A stretch of 64,000 bases of DNA from Convolutriloba macropyga (lineage: Eukaryota): contig NC_134470.1 of assembly GCF_964194025.1 (NCBI RefSeq), positions 80,972,001 to 81,036,000 on the forward strand. Reading direction: 5' to 3'. The notes below the pieces were generated by a model. It saw nothing but the letters and a program-made list of their open reading frames with translations, searched no databases and was not told where the DNA came from. The translations under genes were made by a program, and so were the position numbers. This document shows positions 51,286 to 61,870 of the stretch, piece after piece; positions within the stretch are counted from its first letter, which is position 1; the number at the start of each line of letters is the position of its first letter.

Positions 51286-51970
51286 AAATTGTGGAGAGGC
51301 AGTCACACTATGTTTTTATTATACAAATGCAAATAAGGAACCAGTTAAAAGACCGCAATATGCCCCGATATACCGCCCAAATTAGCCGCGAATTGCAGCT
51401 TTGTGTCACAGCTACAACAACTGCAAGTATTTTAATTAATAACAATTGTCACAGAATGCAAACAAAAAAGTAGAAGAGCAACGACTAGTAAAGAAACTAG
51501 AAACTAAACAGTTAAACACGCAAATTACTACCCATTAAAAATTGGCCCTATTGGCCACAAAACTTATTCAAAAATCTCAAAAAATTGTTAAAAAATTATA
51601 GAACCAGCCGAGACACTAAGAGACCATAACCACTAAACAACTTGATTTTGAAGCAATTGAAAAACCATTTTGAGAGTAAAACCTCAATCGCAATTTTTTT
51701 ATATCAAATCAAAAAGGAAACTTTCTGTTTTCCTGTAGTGGCAATTAACCATTACACAGTGATTTCTACCAACTAGAGTTGAGTAATCGAGACAGACAAT
51801 CAACTGAAAAATTTTACAATGCAAAATACTGACACAAGAAAAACATCCTGTCAAACTATGCAATTTGAGTTATCTTACCCCTTCAATATGTACCGCAGTG
51901 AACGCAGCGTCAGGGAAAAGAAAAACGTTAAAAAATTATTAGAAAAACGCTAAAACGATAAAAATTGAAA

Positions 51971-52404
51971 AACATAACCGACTAACGTCGGGCGAATTGC
52001 TCTCAAACGACCGTCGAGCGGTTGGCTTGGTCAGTAGCTAGCCACGGGGGGGGGGGGTGCAGCGGGGGCAGCACTGGGTGGGGGGGGGGGCAAAAGCGCG
52101 GTGGGGGGGGGGTGTGGAGCCAATAGTGGGGGTGGGGGGTCAACAAAGGGGGGGGGGTGTCAACCTCTAAGAACCGCCCCTCACACCATAAGTATAAGTA
52201 TAAGTCCCCAAGACAGTTTGAGCTGAAACAGACCTGAAAGGCTCTAAGAGCACATAATGCCCGCTGGGCGCTACCTGTTTATCCCGTTTTTGAGTACGAA
52301 AAGTCAAAAGCGTCAGACGAAAAAATGGTCAAGCGAAAAATCGCATTAAAAAAAGACCGACAGGACTAATATAATTGCTACAAACTTCGTTTGAGAGCAA
52401 TTAA
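51971..52404 (-). mobile_element. HINE family B, complete, with perfect termini
   Basis: AACATAACCGACTAACGTCGGGCGAATTGCTCTCAAACG ... AATTGCTACAAACTTCGTTTGAGAGCAATT, with long internal G-runs. Confidence 0.78.
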
Positions 52405-52506
52405 ACAATTATCGACTTTTTTGCATATAAATCATTTAAAAGGAGCCGCAACTTTTCATCGTGAGAACAGATTAATTGTTGTGATAAACTTATTAAATAG
52501 TTTAAG

Positions 52507-53373
52507 ATGAGTTATGACCTAACCGGCAATGACGTCAATGGACAACCACCTGTTCTCCGGTACATGGATCGCACCCCCCTGATGAAGGCAAGTGCAAACA
52601 AAAGAGGTTGCTCGGAACTGAGTCCGCTTGAAGAAAGATCGATGGAAGAAGTCATTCAAAGCGCACTTGCAGCTCAAATGCCAAGTATTATTGCAGGCAT
52701 TCAAGCAGAAGTTCGGAATTCGGTATCAGCAGCCATCAACGATGCAATTGCCAAGTTGAAAGATGAATTCGCTCAAAAATTAACTGTGCAAGAAGAAAGA
52801 TGTAACTTGAAGTCCCTATCCGAAGCCGAGCTACTGGAAAGTTACAACAGGCGTGATAACATCAAGATTATTGGACTGCCTGAGGTTATCAAGGATGATG
52901 GAAAACCTGAAGCGTACGCGGAGACTATCGAAGAAGTTGTTAGACTTGCGAACAAAATAGAAGTTAACGTGGATGAGCAGGACATTTCAATTGCACACAG
53001 GCTACCAAGTTCACAGAGAGGCAAGCGACCAATAATTGTCCGCTTCAACAGGCGAGTTTCAAAAATTGAGATGCTGAAGAAGAAGAAAAGTTTGGAGAAT
53101 CTCGACGGATACGCCAATGTTAAAGTCTTTGAAGATATTAGTCGTCCCCGTTTAGCATTTTTTAACCTAATGAAGCGCGATAATCGTATTGCAATGGTCT
53201 GGACCCGAGAAAGTAACATTTTTTTCCAATACAAGAATGAAAGAGCTATTCAGAAGATAACGGGACTGTACGAAGGTGGTGATGAACTAGGCTATCAATT
53301 GCAAGATGTGAAAAACTGTTTTCATTTTCAGCGGCATTTCTCCGGCAGAGAAATGCACGGAGAGGGAACCTAA
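52507..53373 (+). CDS. LINE ORF1 (coiled coil + RRM + CTD, L1/Tnp22-like)
   Basis: ESYNRRDNIKIIGLPE, DISIAHRLP, RPIIVRF and VFEDIS motifs. Confidence 0.88.
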   Translation: MSYDLTGNDVNGQPPVLRYMDRTPLMKASANKRGCSELSPLEERSMEEVIQSALAAQMPSIIAGIQAEVRNSVSAAINDAIAKLKDEFAQKLTVQEERCNLKSLSEAELLESYNRRDNIKIIGLPEVIKDDGKPEAYAETIEEVVRLANKIEVNVDEQDISIAHRLPSSQRGKRPIIVRFNRRVSKIEMLKKKKSLENLDGYANVKVFEDISRPRLAFFNLMKRDNRIAMVWTRESNIFFQYKNERAIQKITGLYEGGDELGYQLQDVKNCFHFQRHFSGREMHGEGT

Positions 53374-56272
53374 ATCAGTTTTATCTTCATGTGCTAGATC
53401 CTATTTATCAATTTCCATACTAACTGTTAATGTTCGTTCTTTAAAAAAACACTTAAGTGATTTGGAAGCACTTGTTCATAGTCTTGAGTCTCCACCAAAT
53501 ATTATATGTCTCACTGAAACTTGGTTGACTGAAAATGATGACATCGATTCCTTATTAGTTCCAGGCTATAATAATTATGCAATTAAGAATAGGAACACGC
53601 TTGGCGGAGGTGTAATGATTCAAATCAAGGATCCAATATTCTTGTTAGAAACACATTCAACAGATATGGATGAGACTCTTTTAGTCTCTCTTCAATACAA
53701 TAAATATAGATTTAAGTTGGCTACTATCTACAATCCACCAAGAACAAATAAATTAAAGTTCGTCGAAAAGCTGGATAAATTTTTGAATGATTTAACTTCC
53801 ATAAATTGTCCTACCGTTATAACTGGAGATTTTAACATCGACACTCATGTGAAGAATCAATTACATTCGAATTATCTTTGCACGATATCTGCTAATGATT
53901 TTGAGATTGCTAATCTTGGAACTACCAGGGAAACTTCTACCTCCGCAACTTGTCTAGATCATTTTATATATCAAAATTTTGCCAGCCCTGAATTTAGTGT
54001 ACTAACTCATGAAAACTTTTCAGATCATTATCCCATCTTAATGAAGTGGCCAATTAATGTTGATACTGAACAAAACTATTTGCCATTTAGAGACATAAGT
54101 TTTATAAAAGATCAAGAAAAACGGTCGAAATATTTAACTGACTTAGACTGGAACCTAAGGAATCGGTGTCACTTTTTCGAATCTGATAGTACCAATGAGT
54201 TGTTCAACAAATTCAACAGCCTTTTCCTGGAAATCACTAACAAGTATGCCCCTCTTAAATGCTTGGCTGATAAAAAATCGAAAGTACCGAAATGGTTTAC
54301 AAACACCCTTAAAAATTTGCGCTTCAAAAAAAACCAAGCACATCGAAGTATGAAACAAAATCCGCATAACAATGAAGCAGCAAAAAAATTCAAATTGTTA
54401 CGCGACAAGTTTGGAAAAAGTGTTAAAAAAGCTAAGACTGATTTTTATGCACAAAAATTCGAATCATGTATTGGAGACTCAAGGCAAACATATAAGTTAC
54501 TCAATGATATTAAAGGAACAACGCGAAAAAGTTCACAAGTCCCTGCGTTGAATTCATGCAATGCACGTTGCACTGATCCAAGCAGCGCTGACATTGCTGA
54601 GGAATTTAACACATTCTTCACCAATGTTGGTCCGAAGTTGAAATACAACATTAAACACGTTCCTTTAACTAAGATGGACGAAGTTAATCACTCAATGTAT
54701 CTAAAGCCAATAACCTGTGACGAGGTTAGGGAAATCATTGATAATCTAGATAATAAATTCTCATCTGGTGATGATGATATCTCAAATGTCTTAGTCAAGT
54801 TATCATCAAATGTTACGATTCCATATCTAACCCAGATAATCAATTTATCTTTTGAAGAAGGAATATTTCCCGATGATCTGAAAAAGGCCAAAGTCATTCC
54901 TCTGCACAAGGATGGATCAAAACTTGATGAAAATAACTACAGACCAATTTCTCTACTAATTGTATGGAGTAAAATTATTGAACGTGCTTTGTTCATTCGC
55001 ATATATGCTTACATGGAATATCATAATTTGTTTTTCAATAGGCAATTTGGATTTCGTACCAAACACAGCACAATTGACGCTCTAGTTGAATTAGTTGAAA
55101 AAATAAGATTGAACTGCCGAAATGTAAAAGCTATCAGTTTCTATCTTGATCTTAAAAAAGCTTTTGATACCATTGAGCATGATATCTTATTGAAAAAGAT
55201 TGAAAATACTGGCATCAGAGGCCCAGCTCTAAGTTGGGTAACAACATACTTAAAAGGGAGACAACAGCGGGTTATTGTAAATGGAGCTTGTTCATCGTGG
55301 AAATCTATAGTTTGTGGGGTTCCACAAGGCTCAATTCTGGGCCCGTTATTGTTCCTCATTTATATCAATGATCTGCCATTAGTTTGCAAATCTCTTGATG
55401 TTATATTGTTTGCGGACGATACAAACCTCACCGCCATCAACAAAGACGATGATTCAGTGCAAGAAGATCTGCAAAGCATCAATAATTGGTTGATTGCTAA
55501 TAAGTTAATACTAAATATGGATAAAACAGTACAAATGAATATAAGGAATAAAAATAGTGCTTCCAAATCAGTGTTTAAGTTTGATGATGTTTCTATTGAA
55601 GTTCGTAATCTCTGTAAGTATCTCGGAATCTATGTAGATAGTAAATTAAGTTTTCAATCACATATAGAATATATTAAGAAAAGACTCTCAAAACAGTGTG
55701 GTATTATATGTAAGCTGCGTCACTATGTACCCCGTAAACAGCTAATTGATTACTATCGAAGCAATGTTAACCCAATAATTCAATACGGTATTTTGGTATA
55801 TGGCTGTTGCAGTTACTCGTCGCTTCTACCTATCTACATTCTGCAGAAAAAAATTTTAAAAATCATTTACTTCAGGAAAAGGTCAGATAGTTCTAGGGAC
55901 ATTTTTATCTCTAATAAATTACTAACAGTATTCGAGTTCCATGTTTATGAGCTGCTGAAATTTGTCCTGAAATCATTGAAAAAGATGCATAGCGAAAGCT
56001 TTCTAAATGAACTCTTTGAATATGAGCATAGTACCAGAAACACCAGAAGATCTACCAAAAACTACCTAAAGATACCCTTCTTTAAAACGCAGTTTGAGCG
56101 CTCCTCTATTTCATATCGTTGTGCAAAGCTATTTAACACGCTAAGAAAGAATGAAGTTCTAGAACCAAACATTGAAACCAAAATTTGGCAAAAAGTATCG
56201 CTATTTTATCATAAATTTAAAGAAAGTTATTTGCTAAACAATGAGGAGCTGGTATCCTATATTTTTAAATAG
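53312..56272 (+). CDS. LINE ORF2: AP endonuclease + reverse transcriptase; frame open from 53312, no ATG before the first motif
   Basis: SILTVNVRSL (upstream of the track's TTG start at 53462), CLTETWL, GDFN, SDH, NYRPISLL, QFGFR, DLKKAFD, GVPQGSILGP, FADD, YLG. Confidence 0.93.
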   Translation, partial: KTVFIFSGISPAEKCTEREPKSVLSSCARSYLSISILTVNVRSLKKHLSDLEALVHSLESPPNIICLTETWLTENDDIDSLLVPGYNNYAIKNRNTLGGGVMIQIKDPIFLLETHSTDMDETLLVSLQYNKYRFKLATIYNPPRTNKLKFVEKLDKFLNDLTSINCPTVITGDFNIDTHVKNQLHSNYLCTISANDFEIANLGTTRETSTSATCLDHFIYQNFASPEFSVLTHENFSDHYPILMKWPINVDTEQNYLPFRDISFIKDQEKRSKYLTDLDWNLRNRCHFFESDSTNELFNKFNSLFLEITNKYAPLKCLADKKSKVPKWFTNTLKNLRFKKNQAHRSMKQNPHNNEAAKKFKLLRDKFGKSVKKAKTDFYAQKFESCIGDSRQTYKLLNDIKGTTRKSSQVPALNSCNARCTDPSSADIAEEFNTFFTNVGPKLKYNIKHVPLTKMDEVNHSMYLKPITCDEVREIIDNLDNKFSSGDDDISNVLVKLSSNVTIPYLTQIINLSFEEGIFPDDLKKAKVIPLHKDGSKLDENNYRPISLLIVWSKIIERALFIRIYAYMEYHNLFFNRQFGFRTKHSTIDALVELVEKIRLNCRNVKAISFYLDLKKAFDTIEHDILLKKIENTGIRGPALSWVTTYLKGRQQRVIVNGACSSWKSIVCGVPQGSILGPLLFLIYINDLPLVCKSLDVILFADDTNLTAINKDDDSVQEDLQSINNWLIANKLILNMDKTVQMNIRNKNSASKSVFKFDDVSIEVRNLCKYLGIYVDSKLSFQSHIEYIKKRLSKQCGIICKLRHYVPRKQLIDYYRSNVNPIIQYGILVYGCCSYSSLLPIYILQKKILKIIYFRKRSDSSRDIFISNKLLTVFEFHVYELLKFVLKSLKKMHSESFLNELFEYEHSTRNTRRSTKNYLKIPFFKTQFERSSISYRCAKLFNTLRKNEVLEPNIETKIWQKVSLFYHKFKESYLLNNEELVSYIFK

Positions 56273-58278
56273 TTTTTTCCGTATCCACCCTCAAAATATT
56301 TTTTTACCTATTTCTTTTCCATGAACTCTTGTCAAAAATTGTTGCGGCACTTACTTTGTAAGTGCCGAGGCCTCAAAAATGGTATTATTTTTGCACAAAA
56401 ACGAAGTCTACACATAGAAAATTGACGATAAAGAATCGAATTGCAGGAAAAAAAATTCTATTTGAATTTCTTTTTAAAAAATTTGCCAGGAATCAGTGGC
56501 TCTCTCGTTAAGCGTAACACAGCATACAGTCTTAGCGTTAGTTGGTAATGAGTCAAAAGAGAGAATCGTTTTGAGCTTAAAACCGTTTTTTTTTTTTAAA
56601 AAAAGTTTATTTTTCTGTTTTCGACATCAAAAAATTATTTTTTCTTATCGTTTTCTCTTCTAAGCTATTTAACTTTAGCCAGGGCAGATACTAGGTGGGC
56701 TTAATAGCCCCGTTTATCTGTCCTCTCCGAGATACCTTTGATATGTAAGTAATTTCAATTGATATATTATGAATTATATAATGTATTATGTAATTAATTA
56801 AATCGTTCAAAATTTTTATGATAAAGGAGAAATTTATTCTTTCTTTCTTTCTTTCTAGATTCAATTCTAGCTTCAGAATGGGACCGTACACAAAAACGAA
56901 ACCATTAAAAAGTTTAAAAAAGTAAGCTGTTGTTGCAGTGCAAATGAAATTTAAGCCTTGATCATAACTATTCCCCAGCAACTACCAGATAACCGAATAC
57001 ATCGAGCGTCGTATAAGGCAAAAATGGTCACGCAATGAGTGAACATTACAAAAACTCATAAATGCACCTTTGACAAACTTAAAAATCGTTATGATTGGTA
57101 ACAACGAATGTTACAACGGTGCTAATGCTTATCTTTGAGGAAAAGATGCTTGAATATGCCAATATCAAACAAAAAACTGAAAGAATCGGCCAATTTTTCT
57201 CTACTATCTGAAAATGAAACTACCGAAACTATTTAAAAAAAAAACTGAGAACTGACAACAAAAATCATCAAGCAAATACACGCGAATTATTTAATACCCT
57301 GACCAACCTTTGAATATGTTGGCAAAGTTAACAAGAAGTTCAAGATTGTCGCAAACGCATTCAATTTCTACAAAAGCCCTCCAATCAACAGAAATGGCTC
57401 AAATAACAAAATGTGAGCGATATTAGCCCCATCCTAGGCGATCAAATGCGTGTGACAATTACTATTTTACATACACTCCAAAATAGGCACAAACGGAAAA
57501 GCCAAAATAAATATCGATCAAAAGAACGACCAATGCTGTTCTTCGATGGTTAAAACTTATTGCTTAAATAAACTTAAAACTACCGTTTCTTGTCAGTAAG
57601 ACTTACATTTCACATGCGGACTAGAAGTTCCATAAATAGCCGTCACAGATTAATTAACAAAATTAACCTTTACTACCTTCCAGTATTTAAAGACATGTTG
57701 CTTTTAAAATGCACACAAACATGTCAAAAAAAATCTCCAGGAGAGACAGCATTATAACTCCTTAGAAATTTCGTCAAATAAAGTGCGTTTTAAACTGACA
57801 TAAATGAATATTTTCAATTACAGTTCTATACCTCCATGTGAAGCTAGGAAAATATGAAACCCGATAACCGTCAAATTCATCAAAAAACCGGTTGATAACC
57901 TATCTGATCACTAGCTGACTTTGAGAGCGGTTAATCAAACAATGCCCAAAAATTTCTGCGAAAAGTTACATTCTGAACGACAGCCAATAATAATTGCTAC
58001 GAGAGCAATTAAATAGTGTTTATCAAATCAAAGCCCTCATATAAAAAAGCTTTTCAGCATCCTTTAAAAAATTTGCAACTAAAAAGCGAGACTAGAATTG
58101 TATATTTGCTCAATTTTCAATTTCAGTTCAAAACAGAAGGCATATATAATAAAATTTCATCAATTTTCAATTTTATCACCGTCGAACTTCGGAAACTTCT
58201 ATTGCGTCATCTCCCATTAAGGCCAGGGTTATCTCATTTTCAGACCCATATTCACTTAATTAGCCAATATCAGGTGAA

Positions 58279-58518
58279 TTATTCAGTGTCAGGGTCTAGA
58301 TTGATTTGGTCTCCAAATTTAGAATACAATTCTGCCTTCAATTTTGACATCTCATCTTCTAACTTTGCCTTATCTTCTAATCTTTCTGATTTTTCCTTTT
58401 CCAGTGTTTCCTTGTCTGATTGGAGTCTATCAGTTGCTTCTGAGAAGGAGAAGTTGAAGAACACGTCACCTACTCTGTATGGAATCGAGTCTCCCTCCTC
58501 GCTTGTCAATTCCAATTC
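58279..58518 (-). CDS. PFDN4: Prefoldin subunit 4, exon 2
   Basis: IPYRVGDVF...LKAELYSKFGDQINLD. Acceptor TTTTAG, phase 0. Confidence 0.93.
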   Translation of the reverse strand, partial: ELELTSEEGDSIPYRVGDVFFNFSFSEATDRLQSDKETLEKEKSERLEDKAKLEDEMSKLKAELYSKFGDQINLDPDTE

Positions 58519-58841
58519 CTAAAACATGTTATTCCAATTTCAAAATTATTTCGTAATTGAACACGAATTTGATAATTCTGCGATCTAAATGAGCGATCGA
58601 GGATAGTTCAACAGATCGAGGAAAGCAGGTAGTTAATGATGTTTCGAAAAATTTCAAAATAGACCCCGAATGAAGCAGACTTATAAAAGCACCGTCCAAA
58701 ATGATACAAAATGAAAAAAATGACTGTAGATCACGGTAATACAAGTCTGTCTACATTTTATGCGTTAATGAAAATTTCTCGACAGAGACTAAACAATCTC
58801 AAATTCTGCAACAAATCGCAGCTTAAGCTAAAAAAAAGTTT

Positions 58842-59131
58842 GATGTCAGGACATTTTACCCAATTCCATTAAACCCAATGTCATTATATCCAATACACAT
58901 TGCTGTTTTCGTTCCATAATTCGACTACAAATTAGTAGCCGCTATTACACGTATGTTTTAACACACGTTATGGCCATAGCCATGCCTAAACGGCCCGTAG
59001 GACTTGATCTGAAACTATCACAACAGAGCACGGGATTAAATTATCCACTTGAGTACGTTAGCCACGGCTAATTTGTATTCGGATTATTGAACAAAAATAT
59101 CAAACTGCATTGGGTAAATTGTCATGGAAAC
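58842..59131. mobile_element. MULE-type MITE in PFDN4 intron
   Basis: GATGTCAGGACATTTTACCCAATT ... ATTGGGTAAATTGTCATG, homologous to 16793-17122. Confidence 0.65.
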
Positions 59132-59211
59132 TAAAAAAAAAACAATTGTCATTTTACAAAACTGCTTCAAAAACGATACTTCTCCAGCTGGGCCTATTAT
59201 AATATACCTAC

Positions 59212-59400
59212 CTCAATTGACGTGGCAGCTTCTTGGAAATTCTCTAACTGTCTCTCCTTGTCAGTGACGTCACTGCTTATATCCATGTGACGCGTGTTCA
59301 ATCTGGCAAACCTATTGATCTTGTCCTGGTCTTCTTGCGTAACCGTAGTAGTGGCTGCTGGTTTCTTTCCGCTACTGGGAGATGGTTGACCAGAAGACAT
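59212..59400 (-). CDS. PFDN4: Prefoldin subunit 4, exon 1 (142 aa total)
   Basis: VTQEDQDKINRFARLN...QLENFQEA. Donor AG|GTAGGT. Confidence 0.93.
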
Positions 59401-59409
59401 AACTTCAAA

Positions 59410-59415
59410 CTGAAA
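59410..59415 (-). promoter_or_regulatory. TTTCAG acceptor 9 nt upstream of PFDN4 ATG
   Basis: Minus strand reads AATTTCAG|TTTGAAGTT ATG. Confidence 0.5.
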
Positions 59416-59564
59416 TTCAGCACCTTATTCAATAACAAAGCTCTTTAATGGAGTCACTGTACAACTCCTGTGGAGTCACTGTACATTTTTCTTTTGTGTA
59501 TTGTTGACCTTCTACTGAATTAGAAAATTAAATTTAAAATTAATTATATGCACTCAATTATATG

Positions 59565-60042
59565 TGCTGGGGGGGGGGGGGGGCAAGTTTTAAAGATTAA
59601 GAACCACCACTCCACATTCTGAAATTGTCTTTCCCTTCTTAGAGTCTAGTGAGCCGAGAGGCTCTAGGAGAAGATAATGCCCTGCGGGCGTTACATATTT
59701 ATTCCGTTTTGAGGACGAAAAATCAAATGGTTCAGATGAAAAATTGGTCAAGCGAAAAACCGGATAAAAAGACCACAGGACTAATATAATTGCTACAAAC
59801 TTCGTTTCAGAGCAATTAGAAACAGAATAACGTCGACGAATCGCTCTCGAACGGCTGGCAAGGCAAACAATTCAGAAAGGGCATAGGTTAGAGGAACTTT
59901 TAAGAAGCAAAAACTTCTGACTAGGGATGGTTCGAACCCGCGACCCCCCGGATGCTCACAATTGAAATCAATTTTAAACAAAAAATTTTGCCAACAAAAA
60001 CAAGAGTACAATAATTGCTTCAGACTTCGTTCGAGAGCAAAT
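59565..60042 (-). mobile_element. Adjacent HINE B (59565-59818) and internally deleted HINE C (59826-60042)
   Basis: Both end in the AATTGC...GAGCAA palindrome. The C copy keeps a perfect B-box GGGTTCGAACC (59929-59939). Confidence 0.62.
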
Positions 60043-60562
60043 AATTAACAAAACCTAACAGTCAAGTTAGTTTAATAACTGTAATCCTCACTTAGAACTA
60101 GATAAAGTCATCTGAAAAGATCTCATAATTTGAGAGCACATGAACTTCGTAACACGTGTACTTATGTCTCGTTGAAACGCGCAATTTATTTTGTCAAAAA
60201 CATTTGCGGACAATAAATAATGAAGTTCAATAATGAAGTTCAATAAGTAATTTCTTCAACAAACAAACATGACCCACTAACGTTGGACAAATTCCGCTTA
60301 AACAGCTGCGCGTGACTGTCTTTGATTGAGCTAACAACAGCCAAGGTAGGCCAGTTTCTCCAGGCATGCGCAAAGAAAACAGATAGCGGTGAGGTTAAAA
60401 AAATACAGGAGATCCAAACCAACAAATTTTTCAAGCAGAACATGGAAAAATGCCAACTTAACAGTTTCGGTGAACAGTGCACTTAGAGGTTAACAAAGCT
60501 CCAAGAAAACAGCAGAGCAACAGTGCTCTCGGGCTGCACCCGTTCATCACATTTTAGAGGAC

Positions 60563-61870
60563 AACAAGGAGGCTCGGTAATGTGCGTACGCACATAAGGT
60601 TCCGACCCCGCTCATCCACATTCTTGAGTTAATTGGCTACCAAATGATGAAGAGGTAGAAATCTTTAAAAAACATACATATCGTTCCATAAACAACCAAT
60701 GGATTACGATAATGCCACCTTAGAGGGCCGATGAACAATGTTGATAATTTGACAAAGAGAAAGGACAATAATGAATATCAAACAATAAACATTATTTACG
60801 ACCAAAACAAGATGTCTATAAAAAATAAAATCATAACAAAATCAAACTCGCATAAAAAACCTAATCGAAACAATTTAACCTATACTTCATTAGAAAAGAT
60901 ATGAGACTTGTTCTAAATGCTACTGGTTAAAAGGTCGACAAAAAAGAGCAAAGAGGTGAAAAGTTCAAACATACATTTGCATTTTTGAAAACAATTAGGG
61001 TTACCGTTATTAAAGTCAGTAGATATCAATCTGAAAAATCTCAAAAATTTTATGAAATCTCGTAGTAACAGTAGTAACAAAGCCGAGAAACGAATGTTCG
61101 AAGCTAAAGCCGTTAGGGAGATCAAATTATAGTTCACTAGAAACGGGTAGTGAACTGTGTTTACAGAGACTGAGCTACAAACCGAAGAACTTTAAAAAAT
61201 GACAAAGCTCAGAAACCCAAACTTGTTTTTCAAAACAAATATTTCCAAAGTTATAACAAAATTAAAATCTCAACAAACAGCGCTGGCTTAAGTTTCAATA
61301 ACTCAGGAAGCCAAATTGGCTTGTTAATAATGAGACTAAGTCACGACCACACCAAATAGCAACAAATAATTACAGAAGCCAAAACTTCAAACAGTCTTAC
61401 GAGATCACACTGTTCAAGGCGCTACAATTATGATGATACCTGCAAGAACTGTAAATTGTCACTGTCTTTTCGTTTTATCATCAAAAAGCCTTCCTTATAC
61501 GAGGACTACGTGGAGATGACAACAAAAAGAAACCCAAAATTGTAACAGTATAGAATTCTCAAAATATTTTGTGAAATTATTGGTCGAAGCAATAGATCAC
61601 AACGCATAACCAAGCGCCAAAAATTGTTTGAATCAACAAAATAATTGAGACTTCTAATTAGTGGGATGGAGTTACTTTAAATCTCGATAACTCCCTACAA
61701 AAAGCGAAAATTGAAAAAAGTGTTTTTAATTCCATATTCTACGCTGGATGGGCTTTTTAATGATACCACTCACAACCCTCTACGATCATTATATCGATCG
61801 GCCAAAATTGTCTGAACAAAAAAACCCATTTGAGTATATTGTTCCTCCACCACTAAAGGGGGTCGGAACA
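60563..61870 (-). mobile_element. HINE family A, complete, about 1.3 kb
   Basis: AACAAG + GTGCGTACGCAC hairpin + GTTCCGACCCC at the left. Palindrome TGTTCC...GGGGGTCGGAACA at the right. Confidence 0.72.

Larger units (their letters stand above)
52405..56760 (+). mobile_element. Apparently intact CR1/L2-group LINE (ORF1 + APE-RT ORF2 + 3' UTR hairpin)
   Basis: Two long ORFs. 3' hairpin AGGGCAGATA...TATCTGTCCT at about 56680-56724. Exact ends and TSD not resolved. Confidence 0.88.

Noticed and set aside
39476-59400. Separase next to a prefoldin gene, as in human ESPL1-PFDN5
   Set aside because: The gene here is clearly PFDN4, a different subunit class, so this is not conserved microsynteny.
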